Positions 1-13,666 of a stretch of 64,000 nt of DNA are shown piece by piece; position 1 is the stretch's first letter, and each line of letters starts with the position of its first letter. The notes below the pieces were generated by a model, which worked only from the letters and a program-made list of their open reading frames with translations, searched no databases and had not been told where the DNA came from. The DNA is from Octopus vulgaris. Lineage: Eukaryota. The translations under genes and the position numbers were made by a program. The DNA is taken from positions 59,396,001 to 59,460,000 of the forward strand of contig OX597828.1 in assembly GCA_951406725.2 (NCBI GenBank). Reading direction: 5' to 3'.

Positions 1-269
1 TTTTACGAGAGTAAGATCTTCAGTCTAACTCTACCAATATTCCCATCCATATCTTTTAACGTCAAGGTGAGTGTAACCTCCACCAAACACGATGCACGCT
101 ACAACCTATCAATTATCCAACTCTAATGAGACATTAGCTGTCGTCACTCTCATTATCTGTCATTCTTAATAACTGTGAGTGAAAACTAATTCCTCAGTTC
201 TACAGGAACAACGAAAGGCTTGAAGAGCAATTGCTCTTCGACAGAGCCGAATTGTCGGATTCTAGTGAT

Positions 270-560
270 GAAATCTATATCTCTGTTACTCGTGTTTCGT
301 TCCATCTGAAGGCAATCTACTGAGGGCTTATCTGATAATTGTCTTTGACGAATAAAATTCAAATAGCGGAATAATATAACATTAAACATTAAGTGCTTCA
401 ATATATGGAAGAAATTTTATGCCTCTATCAATTTAAATCCTGTGCATTCTTGATGTGGAGGATTATTTAATGGTTGAGAATTTTATGTATAATTTCATAT
501 CAAGTTTTGTAGTAGAATATCTACCAGTAATTTTCAAAAGAATGTTCGAATCTTTTGATT
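270..560 (-). mobile_element. Possible degenerate Penelope-like 3' end
   Basis: A weak endonuclease C-terminus-like reading followed by a decayed hammerhead-like cagataagccc...cgaaacacgagta. Confidence 0.3.
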
Positions 561-959
561 CTCTGTGAGTGTTAATACATGTAACATATCGTTTTACTTA
601 TCATAAATAGTATATATATATATACATATATGCTGAGTTAAAATGTAAGTGTTAAATTTTCTTTTCTCTGGTCGTTTGCCCGGTTTCTGTTGGTCTGATT
701 TGATTTTCAGTGATTTTGGAGGCTTGTTTTAAGTGTTTTAACTGTTATTTTTCGCTATCTGGTACTTAGTGTACCCTCTATTATGATTATTTATTAATTA
801 TAAAATTATACTTATTTACCATATAACAACATTATTGCTTGTTGGCCACTAATATTACTGCTGTTGTTGTTATTATTATTATTATTATTAAATTCTTTAT
901 ATATTTACTGCTAATGATAATAATAATATGTATATGAATATTCAATCCAATATTTATAC

Positions 960-1011
<52 letters not shown>

Positions 1012-1319
1012 AAGAAGAATTAGGTATGATAACATTCACGTCTTCACAAAACTTTAAAAAGTTTTATGCAAAGTTTTGTTAAACAAAAAGAAGTGAAACT
1101 GCAAGCATTGTATATGCCAAGCAGAAAAATTTATATTTTTATTGCATTAAAGTGCCAATAACACAAAGTATTTTCGTACAACAAAAAATATTCCCCGAGG
1201 CTAGAAAAGATATTCGAATATTGTCTTGGTCATTTCTTTTTTATGTAAGTAAATAGGGGAAGTAAACTCGTTTATAAAGAAAGTTTATAAGGATTTTTCA
1301 GGCAAAACTAAAAACGATA

Positions 1320-1368
1320 CACAACCTTGTTAGTAGATTTGGTAGACGGAAACTGAAATAAGCCCGTC

Positions 1369-1427
<59 letters not shown>

Positions 1428-1690
1428 TGTATGTATGTATGTATGTATGTATGTATGTGTGTGTGTGTGTGTGCATGTGTGTGTGTACGTATTGATGTTT
1501 GTAACCCACGTACGCTTGACAACCGGCGTTGGTGTGTATACATCCCTGTAACTTAGCGGTACGGCAAATGACAAATCGAATAAGTAAGAGGCTTGAAAAG
1601 TAAGTTCTGGGCTCGATGCGTTCGACTAAAAGTTTCCAAGGTTGTGCCCCAGCGTGACCGTAGTGCAAATGACTGAACATGTAAAAGATA
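1320..1690 (+). mobile_element. SINE family C, 5'-truncated, with internal microsatellite
   Basis: Matches 29151-29590: gatttggtagacggaaactgaa..gcccgtc, then (TA)n/(TATG)n, ccgtaacttagcggt and the tail aatgactgaa. Confidence 0.8.
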
Positions 1691-3287
1691 AAAAAATAAA
1701 AGAAGAGACACTTGGAAGTTTCACCAGCACAGCCTGCAACATTTCTCTTGGCGTTGCTGTAGGATTCAAACGTGTCAGGTCTATGTCATGAATCCTATTA
1801 AGTTTGATCATCAAGTGTCTAAGAATCATCGGAATAACAGTTAATCACAGTATTAGTTGAGATGGAATAAGTTACCGAGATGATATTTTCGGAGAACTGC
1901 TTATGATGTGGGTGATATCTTCAGTTTGGACTCCACAAAGTCTCTATCGGTTGTTACTTTTTACGGCTTTGCCCGCATCTGTGTGCATGTCATTATTCAG
2001 TTTATTTCATGAATTCTTGTCAATGGACCGGTTTCTAACCTAGACCCAATATACCGGTTTCTCACCTAGATCCAAGATACCTTTGGCTATGAATCTCTAA
2101 CAGTGGATGATAAAAAATGCGGCAATATTTTGTTATTCTATATGACAAGTGATTCCACATAATAGTCATGACAAATATCCTCGTACTTCATTATGCATTT
2201 TAAAATAGCATTTACACTTTGTCCAAGTTACAGAAACGCTGAGTATCACATCACCCACCCTTGCCGACATGGGCATACGAAACAACAACCGCAGGATATC
2301 TTAACAATATCTTAACATTGGACTCGGTACCACTATTATCTGCAAATCCTCAGTCTAAATTGACATAATATACTCGTATCCTCGATTCAGCTTTATCTAT
2401 AACAATACCCACTAAGGTAAACGTATGGCTTTAGTCACTTCAGTAAAGGCAAATTCTAATTCTTCACGAAAATTTGGCACAAGTCAAAATACCTATATTT
2501 CTTAAATCTCAGATATGTTGTCATTTACTCGGATTACATTAATAAGATTTAAGTAGATTTCCTGTGAGATGATCATGGATATGAATATGGAAATAAAGAA
2601 AAATATTAATAGGCTTCTATAGAGGTGGGTGATTATTTCTTTTATTCACTCATGTAAGTTAAAATTCAATTTTATACGGAAGTGACAGAAGCTATGTAAT
2701 AAAGATTCTTCTTCGTGATTGCTACTTGAACAAGAGATACTTGTGTAACAGAAAAATAAAATCATATCTGGTGCAGGTAAAAATCAGTGATAATAATGAA
2801 ACAAGAAAGATTGACAAGAAAAAAGGTTCGCTATATATATTCTGAAAATGAAAATTTTCTGCTTTTGCGAATATTCATTATAAAATATTTACTTCTTCTT
2901 TCCTAGAACATTTGTTTCCTGAGAATACGAAGAAAAATATATGCTGCACCAGAATATTGACGAATGTCTGCTAATGTGAACAGAATGGCACCAGTGTGCT
3001 ATTTCAAAATATATAATTATTAGTACTTGGAAATTGAGTAGACATTATTCTGCTTTTAAGAGTTTTTTTTAAAACAAGAATAGAAAAACAGAGTGATTGC
3101 AACTAATTTAGGCGTCAAAGCAATGAGCAATGAAATCTAGAATTATTTATGTTAGTAAAAAACGAAAATATATTTCTGCTCATAAATACACTGTTTATAC
3201 ATACATACAACCACACAGACACACACACATATTATATATATATATATATATATATATGTATACATATACACACATATATATATACGT

Positions 3288-3318
<31 letters not shown>

Positions 3319-3339
3319 CATATACACACATATTTATAC

Positions 3340-3386
<47 letters not shown>

Positions 3387-3439
3387 CACAGTAGTACGTA
3401 GTCCAGCTTAGGAAAAGCAGATTCGATTCAGATGTAATG

Positions 3440-3925
3440 TATGTATATGCGTATGTCATTATTCGGTTTATTTCAAGAATTCTTGTCAATAGACACAGAA
3501 CCAGTTTCTAACCTAGATCCAGGATTCCTTCATTGGAATTTCAACATCAACAACAGGGTATGTATGTATGTATGTATGTATGTATGTATGTATGTATGTA
3601 TGTATGTATGTATGTATGTATGTAGAGGCAAATTTCTATGTTTTGTGTATGTATTCCCATGCATATAGTTACATATCTAGACATGCTCATATATATTTGA
3701 ATGATAACTTTCTGGAAATTTTTACAGATTTTTACAATTTCAGTGATGGATTGGATCTGTAGTCGTCGAATTAGCCCTCTCCTTTCTGATTTTGAGAAGC
3801 CCAATTTCTTATGATTGGTATTTAGGCAGTGTGTTACATATCCCAGGGTCCCAATAATTACATGTATACACCTTAACTTGTAATTTGGATAGAGCAACTG
3901 CAGATTTCTCAATAGTTCAGATCTT
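3440..3925 (-). mobile_element. Dong/R4-clade LINE 3' end fragment with 3'UTR
   Basis: The translation ELLRNLQLLYPNYKLRCIHVIIGTLG...IVKICK resembles the C-terminus after a restriction-like endonuclease. The same subfamily occurs at 26540-26875, and the 3'UTR motif is repeated at ~1990-2100. Confidence 0.7.
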
Positions 3926-5152
3926 ACTCCTATAAAAAAACGAGCAAACAGACATGAACCGACCCCCTTCCCAGCCCCACCACATGAAAAGAGTTCTATT
4001 GTAATATTCTGTAGGTCGAGATGGACAGGATGGACAAGGATATGAAGGTGTGCGATGTTGATGACTGCTTTCATAACGTAAGTGGCATAGATATTAGTAA
4101 AGAGCATCTTAAAGAACTAAGTGAAAGTATGGGCCGATCCTTGATGAGCAGTCGACAGAAATCGACTGTGCAGTCGATCAAAAACTGTAAGTTTATAAGA
4201 TTACAATTAAAAAGAAAACAAAAGAAAAAGAGAACTTTAATGAATATAATTGTTTGTAATAAGGTTCAATGAGGTCGCTCGGAGTGTGCTGCTCGAGCGA
4301 CAGTCATTTCATTCTTTCATTTAATTACTTTTCATCGTTTTTTTATTATTTTTCCCCTCTTTTATGTTTGTCTTTGTGCTGTACCCTCTATGTAAGGCCT
4401 TTATGGCCAGAATAAAATCAATTCATAATTTGGACGCATCAGGTATGACTAGGCAGGACCGCCTGCAAACTTCCGTAATCACTTCAGACCGGCCAGCGTG
4501 ACAGCTCACGAGACCATTATCTGAAACCAGGTGGTCAAGGGGATGATAAGCAACTTTGATACGTTACTAAAACTATGTATATATAACGCTTAAATGTCGA
4601 CTGTATTGTAATAATTATGGGTGTTCCTTTCAAAATATCGAGTGGTATGACTTGTTTGGTCAGTAAATGTTGTCACTTTTGTCACATCATTCAGGTTAAA
4701 TTTATTCTTATTAGTGTAGTGCATTTTGTTTTATTAACAGTGGTCACCCGGTTTCCGGAACTATCAGCCATGCACAAGTTTGATTTTTACAGTTGTTCAC
4801 TACGGTTGACTTACTTATAAATCAATGAGTCCACTTTAGCAGTTGCTTTAGAGTTATACTTCAGTTGTTCGAATTCTAATCCATTTCCTTCTGATGATTT
4901 TTGTTGCTGTGAATATAATCGATTTGCTTCCATTTTTGCGATCGTAATCAATAAAAGCACGTAACAGGACTTGTGACTTGGATAGGTAGCGATCAAAATG
5001 ATTTAACTACTTTGTTAAACTGTTACTTGTTGTTCAATAGATTTCTATGATATTTTATCTTGGAGTGTGCCATCGTTATATGTCAGACTCGTGATAATTT
5101 TCGTACATGGCAATTTTCTTATTGTATTACTATCTAGTTAATCCATTGTGAA

Positions 5153-5482
5153 GGCGCATGGCTCAGTGGTTAGAGCGTCGAGATTACGACAGTGAGGTTG
5201 TAAGTTCGAATCTCGGATCGGGCTGCGTGGTGTGTTCTTGAGCAAGACACTTTATTTCACGTTGTTCCAGTTCACTCAGCTGTAGAAATGAGTTGCGACG
5301 CCACAGGTGCCAATCTGTATCGGCCTTTGCCTTTCCCTTGGATGACATCGGTGGCGTGGAGAGGGGAGGTTGGTATTCATAGGCGACTCCTGTCTTCCAC
5401 AAACAACCTTGCCCAGACTTGTGCCTCGGAGGGTAACTTTCTTGGTGCAATCCCACGGTCATTCGTGACCGAAGAGGATCTC
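5153..5482 (+). mobile_element. tRNA-derived SINE family A
   Basis: A box TGGCTCAGTGG and B box GTTCGAATC; colinear with the copy at 36192-36533. Confidence 0.85.
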
Positions 5483-5660
5483 CGCACAATCCATTTCTAT
5501 ATGCTCCACTCCTATACCACAGCCATATATTATGACTGGTGTTGAAAATGTGTTAAAGCTATAGATGATTCACTACTGATGTTAATTTTAAAATGTTTCT
5601 AACCTCACTATATGTTTTTTATTTATTTGCTTTATTTGTACAGCTGGGCCCTATGGCGTG

Positions 5661-5880
5661 TACTAGGGGGTGCTGAAACGTCCCTGGCTTAGGGTTAAAG
5701 AGAATACAGGAGGATCAGTTAATTATGATTTTATTCAACATATTCCCTTTTCAGATATACACATTGCAGCAGCCCGTCAGGTTTTTTTAAGCCCTGTAAA
5801 AGAACTCGGAAGGTTGGGCCCCCAACCAGGCCTTTCGTTATACCCATAATGCCAGGAACTATTTAGCCCTCCCCCTTGTA
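5661..5880 (-). mobile_element. Mariner-derived MITE
   Basis: TA-flanked imperfect TIRs (tactagggggtgctgaaa...ccaggaactatttagccctcccccttgta); it is an inverted copy of 50510-50728. Confidence 0.75.
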
Positions 5881-5944
5881 TGTATGTATGTATGTATGTA
5901 TGTATGTATGTATGTATGTGTGTGTGTGTGTATATATGTATATA

Positions 5945-7140
5945 CAGGAGTTTGACAAAATAGTGGGAACACCTTAAAATTTCAAGCAAATTTATTTTAA
6001 TATGAGGATAGGACCGCCTTTGGCAGTAATTACAGCTTCAATTCTACGAGGTATGGACTCGTTCAAAGTTTGAATTGTTTCCAACAGAATTGTTGTTCAT
6101 TCTTCAGTTAAAACAGTCTCCAGGTCTTGTAGTGATGACGGTGGAGGATATTGACACCTTACTTGTTTTCTAAAATGCACCATAACTATTCAATAATATT
6201 GAGGTCTGAGGACTGTGGTGGCCAGATAAGATGTTCAACTTCACTAGAATGTTCCTCGTGGCATTCAGTAACAACATTAGTTGTGTGAATTGGTGCATTA
6301 TCTTCCTGAAAGATTTCGTTTCCCACTGGAAACAGTTCTGCAAACATAGGATAAATTTGATCAGATAAAATGCTCATATATTCTTGACCATTAATTCTGC
6401 CATGAAGGAAAACCTCTGAGCCGGCAGATTTCCAAGACATAGCCCTCCCACCAGATCATCACAGATCCTCCTCCATGTTTAACAGTTGGAAGAAGGCAGT
6501 CTGTGTCAAATGCTTCTTTTAGCTGTCCTCATATGTATACTCGGCCGGTGGTCGGAAATAAGGTAAAGGATGACTCGTACAGGAAAATAACATTCTTCCA
6601 CTGCTCTAGGAACCAATTCTGTAAGTTTTTACTGCACTCTAAATGCTTTGCAACGTTTGCTTTTGAAAGTAGTAGTTTTCTGATTGCAGGCCTCCAGTGA
6701 TATCCGGCTTTGTGCAGGTCCCGGCAAACAGTTTTTGTGGAAACTGGGTTCACTAGGTTGTCATTAAGATCTGCAGTAATTTCGAGAGCTGTACTTTTGT
6801 CATCCTTTCTAACAACTCGTGTAAGAGTTCGACGGTCTCTATCTGAAAGTTATGATTTTCTTCTGGAGTTTTGTTTCAACGAGGAGGTTTTTCCCTTTTT
6901 CTCAAAGGCTGTCATTACTTTCAAGATAGTACTTCGTGATACACCAAACGTTTCGGGTGTTTTTATTATGCTAGCGCCTGCCATAAGAGCACCAACAATT
7001 TGACCTCTTTGAAAGTCCGATAGGTCTGTCATTTTAATGGATTTTAATTACCTCTTTCTGATATCTGAAAAGAAACTGCACTTTTAGCAAAACATATTAA
7101 GCAACACTGAAAATAATAAAAATAAACATTTTGACGATTG
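5945..7140 (-). mobile_element. Tc1-family DNA transposon fossil (frameshifted DD34E transposase)
   Basis: MTDLSDFQRGQIVGA..FGVSRST (paired-like HTH), WKNVIF.YES, FQEDNAPIH and WPPQSSDLNIIE. TA|CAG terminus at 5943-5947; the other TIR was not found. Confidence 0.9.
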
Positions 7141-7301
7141 ACTCAGCAATTTTTTTTGAAAATTCTAAAATAATGTTTCAACATTTATTTCTAGCAATAT
7201 ACGTGCTTCGGCACGCTCAGTCACAATTACGGTAAAATTCCCTATATATATATATATATATATATATTCCGAATTTGTGAAAATGTGTATAGAATAATAT
7301 G

Positions 7302-7608
7302 TCAGCTGAATAAAGTTAAAACATGGTCTGGTTTTCACGTTTTTTATTATTGAATTTTAAAAGAATATTTTACAGTGTTGAAGTGTGTTAAACATTAAAA
7401 AAATATTTTGTAATTTTCATAAAGTTCAATGAGCGCCTTCATACATTCGTAGTAATCATCAATTTTCGAAATGTATTTAACTGACAGTTTAGTTCTTGAC
7501 AACTGTAGTAAAATGACTGGCTTCTTCTTTTTATATACCTTTTAGAAGGCGCAAACAAGCTGAATTTTTGGAATACAGTTTTGACCAATCAGCATGCAAA
7601 TTAAACGT
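7302..7608 (+). repeat. Left arm of a ~300-bp inverted repeat (partner 10499-10801)
   Basis: tcagctgaataaagtt..catggtctgg...gaccaatcagcatgc is a diverged reverse complement of 10499-10801. Confidence 0.85.
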
Positions 7609-7819
7609 CACGGTTTGCCGGGGGCACCGATGATATTATTTTATTTTAACCAATTAGCTTGCGATTTACATGAAATGGATTTATGAGTGAGCAAACTTTG
7701 TTGGTTTCGATCATTTTCATTTCGATCGGTGGTAGTCTTCTCTAATTAGCTTATATTGATACGTTAAAGATATTTTTTAATCTACATAATTAACCGGCTG
7801 TTATATTATTGTTGTTATT

Positions 7820-7943
7820 TCCGTTCACATCACATTTGAACATTTAGATAAATCGTTTTTCTTTTATCTTTCTTCCAACTTCACTTCTGTCATGTTTGTG
7901 AAAAGGAAAAAAATATAAACATTTTCTGACCACATGTTTCTAT
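7820..7943 (-). mobile_element. Penelope-like GIY-YIG C-terminal remnant (continuation of 10167-10500)
   Basis: The minus strand reads IETCGQKMF..FPFHK..RKIKEKRFI and joins in frame to LSEH across the LINE. Confidence 0.65.
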
Positions 7944-10166
7944 TGTCACCTATACATGTTCTAAACACGCTCCCACGAAATCTACTAACACAAACAGAAA
8001 CCGGCTCCCTAAAAAGAAAAAAAAATCACTCATCAGGCGCATCAAAAGACTCAACAAAAAAATCAACCAATTAAAATATTTCCACACACAACATCCACAT
8101 TCAACAACAATGAAAAGACTAGAGCTGGAAAAACTTCATCTGCAGACCGACATGAAAACCTCAATTGAAAATCAAAGAGCTGTGGAGGAACAGTGGGTAA
8201 TCAAAAACATCAAACAGAACCCAAAAGTGTTCTATTCTTATGCAAATAAGCATAGAACCACTGTCTCACCCACTGGGCCATTGATTGATGATAACGGCAT
8301 TCCCCAACACGATGCTGAAGAAATGGCAGAAATACTGCAGAAACAATACTGCTCTGTCTTTAGTGTTCCCACTGATATTGACGTAAGAGAAACGAACGAA
8401 GTTGACTCCCAACGCAAAATCTCAGACATAACCTTCACTGCCACTGACATCGTAGCAGCAATAAATGTGGTAAAATATTACTCTGCTGTAGGCCCTGATA
8501 GATTCCCCGCTAGTCTCCTGAAGGAATGTAGACACCAACTTGCAGTCCCTCTGACCAACCTCTAGAGAAATTCGTTAGACGCAGGTTATATACCGAAACA
8601 GTTTCTATCCCAGTCGGTCATCCCGGTTTTCAAACAGGGAAACAGATCCCTCGCAGTCAACTATCGCCCAATCTCACTCACCTCCCACATCATTAAAGTG
8701 TTTGAAAGAGTGTTAAGATCAAGGATAGCTGACTTCCTGGAGACCCACAAACTCCTAAATGCAAATCAGCATGGCTTTCGCTGTGACAGGGACTGTCTAA
8801 CACAGCTCTTACACCACATTGAAGATGTACTCAAAGCCTTGGGAACAGGTTCAAACTCTGACGTCATATATCTTGACTTCAGTAAAGCGTTCGACAGGGT
8901 AGACCATAATATCCTACTCTCAAAATTGGCAAATGTTGGAATCCGTGGAAAAGTTCTACACTGGATTAAGTATTTCCTGGCGAATAGAACACAACATGTT
9001 GTAGTTGATGGAGTCCACTCAAGCCCAGCAAAAGTCACCAGCGGTGTTCCCCAGGGGACTGTTTTGGGTCCGCTACTCTTCATAATTTACATAAACGACC
9101 ATTTCAGTGTTGTACATTACTGCAAAGTGAAAATATTTGCTGATGACACTAAGCTCCAGCAAATCGTCAATGAAGAAGCAGACCGAACTCAACTCCAGTC
9201 TGATCTATATGCTGTGAGTCAATGGGCATACAGAAACAAAATGCAGCTGAATGAGGGAAAATTTGAGCTGATACATTTTGGGAGAAATTCCTCACTAAAA
9301 CAACCATACTCTCTTCCTTCAGGGGAACCGCTCACAGCCTCTAACAATATCAGAAACCTGGGTGTAATTGTTGATGACGATCTCAGTTGGAGTGCACACA
9401 TCAACAAGAAGGTCGATATAGCTCGTAGGATGAGTTCCTGGATCTTAAGAACTTTCCGGTCCAGAGAACAAGGTGTCATCATACCACTTTTCTCCTCCTT
9501 TGTATGGCCACACCTTGAATACTGCTGCCCACTGTGGTCTTCCCATACAAGACAAAACATCTCCAGAATTGAGTCACCCCAGAGGGCACTCACTAAACGA
9601 ATTGATGGCATGGCTGCTCTCGATTATTGGGATCGCCTTAAAGCCTTGAAACTTTACTCCCTCCAGCGTTGCCGTGAGCGGTACATCATTTGTACGATGT
9701 AGAAAATATACCGCCAACTTTGCCCAAACGACCTTAACATTAGCTTCAAGGTTCATCCAAGACTGGGACCACGGGCCATACGTCCCCTGCCCAATTCAAG
9801 ATCACAACATACATGTACACTGCAACATAATTTCTTTTCCTCAACAGGCCCTGCCCTATTTAACATTGTCCCGAGGGAGATCAAAGAGGAAAAGGATCCC
9901 ATCAACTTTAAACGGAGTCTGGATAGATTCCTTCAAAGAATACCAGATAAGCCACCCATAATTGGATACAACTCACCCAACAAGAACTCACTACTTGAAC
10001 AAAACTTGATACAACTCAACCAACAAGAACTCACTACTTGAACAAAATTTGACTTAAATAAAACTTGACTTAAACAGGATTCGAATAATCCTATCAGGTG
10101 GTTCTATTAAGTTAGACATGGCCTGGACCAATCTTTGGTCCAAACATATCTAAGTTTATCTAAGTT
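7944..10166 (+). mobile_element. 5'-truncated CR1/L2-group LINE (RT pseudogene) with tandem-repeat tail
   Basis: NPKVFYSY, YRPISLTSH, QHGFR, YLDFSKAFDRVDH, GVPQGTVLGPLLF, FADD and PHLEYCCPLW, with in-frame stops. 3' hairpin ggaccaa-tct-ttggtcc and an (ATCTAAGTTT)2 tail. Confidence 0.93.
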
Positions 10167-10500
10167 TATATGTTCGCTCAATGAAATTGGGCGATCATTA
10201 GTGTTTTGGGTTTGTTGTCTGTGGACTCGTGAGCGTTCCGATAATGCCCTCCTTGTCTCACCAATTCCGATAATGCATTCCCTATTCTTCGCGATTAGGG
10301 TATTTAATGCAGTAGATCTAATTTCTGCTTTTGCAGTTAATATCTGTATTTGCGAAAATCTGTCCATTTTTCGTTCTCATAGATCTACCCGTATGTATAC
10401 ATTGACTCGTTCCACATCTGTTATCATTACACTTGGACACTGTAAATGTTTTATCCTGTTTGTTCGTGTTGAATTTTGATTTTGTTAATAGTTTCTTTAC
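10167..10500 (-). mobile_element. Penelope-like element linker and GIY-YIG endonuclease remnant
   Basis: NVKKLLTKSKF, KCNDNRCGT, INCKSRN and IGETRRALSER.RVHRQQ..LSEHI match the CCHH/GIY-YIG pattern of Penelope-clade elements. Confidence 0.8.
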
Positions 10501-10797
10501 GTTGAGCTGCATGCTGATTCGTCAAAACCGTATTCCAAAACTTCAGGTTGTTGGAGCCTTCTAAACGGTATAAAAAGGAAGTCAGTCATTGTACAACAGT
10601 TGTCAAGAGCTCAACTGTTAGTTAAACAGATTTCTAAAACCGAAGATTACTACGAACGTATGAAAGCGCAATTTGAATTTTATGAACACTACAAAATGTT
10701 TTTTTAAAATATTTAACACACTTCAGCATTGTAAATAATTCTTTTAAAATACAATGATAAAAAAACGAAAGCCAGACCATGTTGTAACTTTATTCAA

Positions 10798-10801
<4 letters not shown>
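10499..10801 (-). repeat. Right arm of the ~300-bp inverted repeat (partner 7302-7608)
   Basis: Reverse-complement match to 7302-7608; abuts (TA)n. Confidence 0.85.
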
Positions 10802-10871
<70 letters not shown>

Positions 10872-12509
10872 AATATTTATAAAAGGAAACAATAAGGAAA
10901 CAATAAATATATCTACCATAATGCATACATAAGTACATATATTTATCTTCGTATATACATGAATGTCTAAATACACACACATATAGATATAAGCAAACAT
11001 ACAGCCGCACACACATAATCTCAAGTCTTAGCATCAAAAGTAAACAACATAAATCCGAGGGATTTCGGTTCCGTTGATTGTACCATCATCGTTCTCGAAT
11101 ATCATTTTTATATTTACAGCAAATTTATGGCATTCAACTCTTTCTCGACGTGATTCTAATTATGAATGAATTTATTTCATCATAATTTACCACGGCCTTA
11201 AATGACAGTCTGATACACAAATTCTAAACTAATTAATTAATTAATTATGAATCATATAGTTGACAGGAAGAAGAAAATCTCCATTCTTGTCGTTCTCAAT
11301 AGTTAATTACACTACTTAATGGAATTACCTACCTACTCATTTTACATAAAGAGATTTATCTACTTAACCTTTGTATGCTGTTTCTGTAGGATAATAACAT
11401 CGTTTACTCGAATAAATACCTAATAGATTAATAATTAGTTAAAAGTGGCTATTATGTCACAAAAATAATTAATTTTCGATATTTAGGAGTGTATCTTATA
11501 AACGGAATTAAAAATGGAATAATTAGGTTTTGATTACATTAAATATCTGTTAAAATGCATCATAGTCTGTGTTCTGACTCATTGCATTTGGAATTCTACC
11601 AAGTCTAACTTTATCTTTCGATAAAATACAACCAATCTAAGTGAGTGGACTCGCGAGACTGTAAGACCGTCTGACCGGGGGCCTTGCGGTATTTGTTTCG
11701 GCTCTTTTGCGTTCTGAGCACGAATTCTGCTATGGCATACTTGGTTGGTAGACTTAACAAGACACCAAGTTTCACAGTATCACCCGGCACTTTGGTTGAT
11801 TTTAAAGGAATTTCGTATTTTGCAAGCACTGGGGACAGATATCCAGTTTCAGGATATCTTTCTCCTTCTCTCTCATGGCCATTCTCAGAGGCTCCTCACG
11901 AACACTTCTTCCTTCCTGACGAAAAAGATAAAGAAAAGTGTCGACGTATATCTAAAACTTTTTGAAAGAACTTAATTAACATTCACTTGTGATAGTCTGA
12001 AAGATGACCCTCACTAGATATGTCGATCTTAATGAAAAGCCAACTGATTTACACAAAATTACTTGTTCTCTGCGATTATATGTGAGATTTTGTTAAACTT
12101 ATAATCGATTCTATTCCTACGTCAGAATTACAAATCACTTTTGCAGCTGATTTCTCTTTATGTTGATGTCTCTCACAGAGTGAGGACTGAGCATGTGGGG
12201 ATAATGTGTAGTGCATATCTGCGTTTCTTTCGCGGTGAGGAGGCGTGGTTACCGTTTGTTTGACTGATTTTTCCATTGCTCATCTCTTTGACAAAGCTGC
12301 AATTTTGGGTCAAACGTAGATCGAATCAAGGCACACGGAACCTAGAGTGTGCTGTCAAACGCTTACAGCCCCCAGTCAGTCAGGCAATGCAGTCGATGAA
12401 AGTTCTGCTTTGGTGTTCTGTAGTGAGTTAGTGCCGGACAAGTGCGATGTCGTACTTAATTTGTCAAATTCTCTTACAGATATATTTTTATCAGTGGGAA
12501 CACTTACAT

Positions 12510-13666
12510 CTATTACTCTACAAGTATTTTCTCCCCCCGTCTTTAATAATTATGTCTATTAACCTGGATTGTTTTATCTGTCCTAACTGGAAAATCCCAG
12601 ACGATGGCGACATTTTTGGCTTCAACGACTGGCTCAGGATGATGTTCATACTAAGGTGTTCCAATTTTGCAGTATTTACATATTTTCCAATTTAAATACT
12701 GTCCTACCCTAAGATGGCAATTTTTGTATTCGCTTCGTGTCAGCACAGAACATTCCGAGACAAGATGGTCTATTGTTTCGTCAAATATGTCGCAGAATCT
12801 GCATTTAGGGTCAGAACCGTTTTGTAAAACTTTAGCCTGGTAGTTTCTGGCAGGCAAGCTTTGATTTTGTGTCACCAATATGAAACTTTCAGTCTCTGTT
12901 TCCAGTCCTGCACTTCTCAGCCACTGATGGATTGTTGCTTGGCCTACATCAGCATTTTGACATCGAAGAATATACTGTCCTCCATTTGTTTCTGCCAGTT
13001 ATTTTTTACAGTCTGCTTGATTCGTTTTGATTGCTTGGTAGTAGTGGTTTCAGATTCTCCGTCTAATTCATGGTTAATGCCAAGTTCCCTTGCGAATTTA
13101 TGAGTTTCTTTGACAATAGAATTCAACAATTTGTTGCTTTTATCTTCGCACATAAGTCGCAGTATCCAGTCCACTATACTAGATAAGTACCTGTTCATTC
13201 TTATAGTGAATGTCTCATAGCACAGTTCTTATTGCATCATTCCTGTTCCCCCTTGCTTCTAGGTAAGTACTGACGGTCAGCGTCTATTTTTGGGTTGTGC
13301 ATGTTCTTAGATGTCAATAAGTTTTTAATCTTGTCCAGGCGTTCAAGCCTCGGATTCCAGTTATTGATGTTAAAAGCGTATTGGACCACTGGAAGTGCCA
13401 GGGCTCTTGATGCGATTTTTCAATATTCAGTACAAGTCTTATTCTCCTATAGTACCCCTTTCTTATTTTCCCCTTCATAGTTGCGTGACGTATAACATTT
13501 CCTTCGTTTATTCCCTGGCATTTATAACTTATTTGTGGGGCGTCGATATCTGATTTAAACGAAGCCATTTGTCTGAGCTTACATTAGCACACTTATCGAG
13601 GCCAAAATCCATCCCTGTGTCATTACTAATCACTTTAACAGTTGTTAGTAGCCCTACTAGTTCTTG

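Noticed and set aside
1-30. CTGAAGA plus hairpin on the minus strand at the window edge
   Set aside because: The GAAA half would lie outside the window, so it cannot be evaluated.
2025-2100. GAAACCGGTC hammerhead-like box (also ~3500)
   Set aside because: No CUGANGA-type core at a pairable distance; it is part of an R4-type 3'UTR repeat.
5153-5230. tRNA gene-like A/B boxes (also 36192, 38725, 43004)
   Set aside because: They continue into repeated SINE bodies, so they are SINE heads rather than tRNA genes.
11800-11940. Possible minus-strand exon (acceptor then EGRSVREEPL...CPQCLQ*)
   Set aside because: No recognisable homology or partner exons, and it is adjacent to repeat debris.
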